Source of the DNA: a virus
Taxonomy: Duplodnaviria; Caudoviricetes
Reading direction: 5' to 3' (one strand)
Virus record (IMG/VR): IMGVR_UViG_3300037501_000018
Location: 1 to 46,319 of that record
DNA length: 46,319 nt
Under the pieces are notes generated by a model. That model was not told the DNA's origin, did no database searches, and worked only from the letters and a program-made list of their open reading frames with translations. Within the stretch, counting starts at the first letter, position 1; every line of letters starts with the position of its first letter. Position numbers and translations under genes: made by a program. Shown here piece after piece: positions 46,264 through 46,319 of this stretch.

Positions 46264-46319
46264 CGAACCTCAGCCGCGGCGAAGGTCAGCCGCGGCGAAG
46301 GTCAGCCGCGGCGAAGGTC
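46264..46319 (+). repeat. 16-bp tandem repeat array, right part, unit CAGCCGCGGCGAAGGT
   Basis: CGAACCT at 46264-46270, then full units at 46271-46286, 46287-46302 and 46303-46318. Runs off the contig end. Confidence 0.98.

Larger units (their letters stand above)
1..46319. mobile_element. Tailed dsDNA bacteriophage genome, podovirus-like, probably complete and broken at a tandem repeat
   Basis: Terminase, portal, scaffold, capsid, adaptor/nozzle, tail fibre, lysin, holin, ERF, RusA and a replication initiator are present. No tape measure or tail tube recognised, no host housekeeping genes, and the same repeat unit sits at both ends. Confidence 0.93.

Noticed and set aside
46256-46319. Repeat array as a coding repeat peptide
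   Set aside because: The plus strand is stop-free, but the upstream gene ends at 46255 and no RBS or start codon leads into the array.

Overview
The window looks like a complete or near-complete genome (about 46.3 kb, roughly 41% GC by eye) of an uncultured tailed phage with podovirus-like architecture. The contig starts and ends inside one 16-bp tandem repeat array. The rightward arm (1.9-35.4 kb) holds an NlpC/P60 lysin, a fibre-like module (small beta subunit, LamG protein, 21-aa-repeat protein), terminase, portal, a 3168-aa polyvalent/ejection protein with two ADP-ribosyltransferase-like inserts, scaffold, major capsid, adaptor, nozzle, a tail fibre with a swapped high-GC distal half, and a holin. 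The leftward arm (35.5-45.3 kb) encodes a replication initiator, RusA, a Cas4-like PD-(D/E)XK nuclease, an ERF recombinase and many small early genes under near-consensus sigma70 promoters. No integrase, DNA polymerase, helicase, reverse transcriptase, tRNA or CRISPR array was recognised. The most notable signals are: (1) the two-variant 16-bp array whose halves are both direct and quasi-inverted repeats, apparently lying in a transcription unit with a boxB/boxA-like leader; (2) the ART-like domains in the giant virion protein; (3) near-total GATC avoidance except in the swapped fibre module; (4) RBS-sequestering leaders on the capsid and holin genes; (5) a degenerate nucleotidyltransferase-like domain on the portal. 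All protein calls come from motif recognition by eye, not database searches. The host is undetermined.
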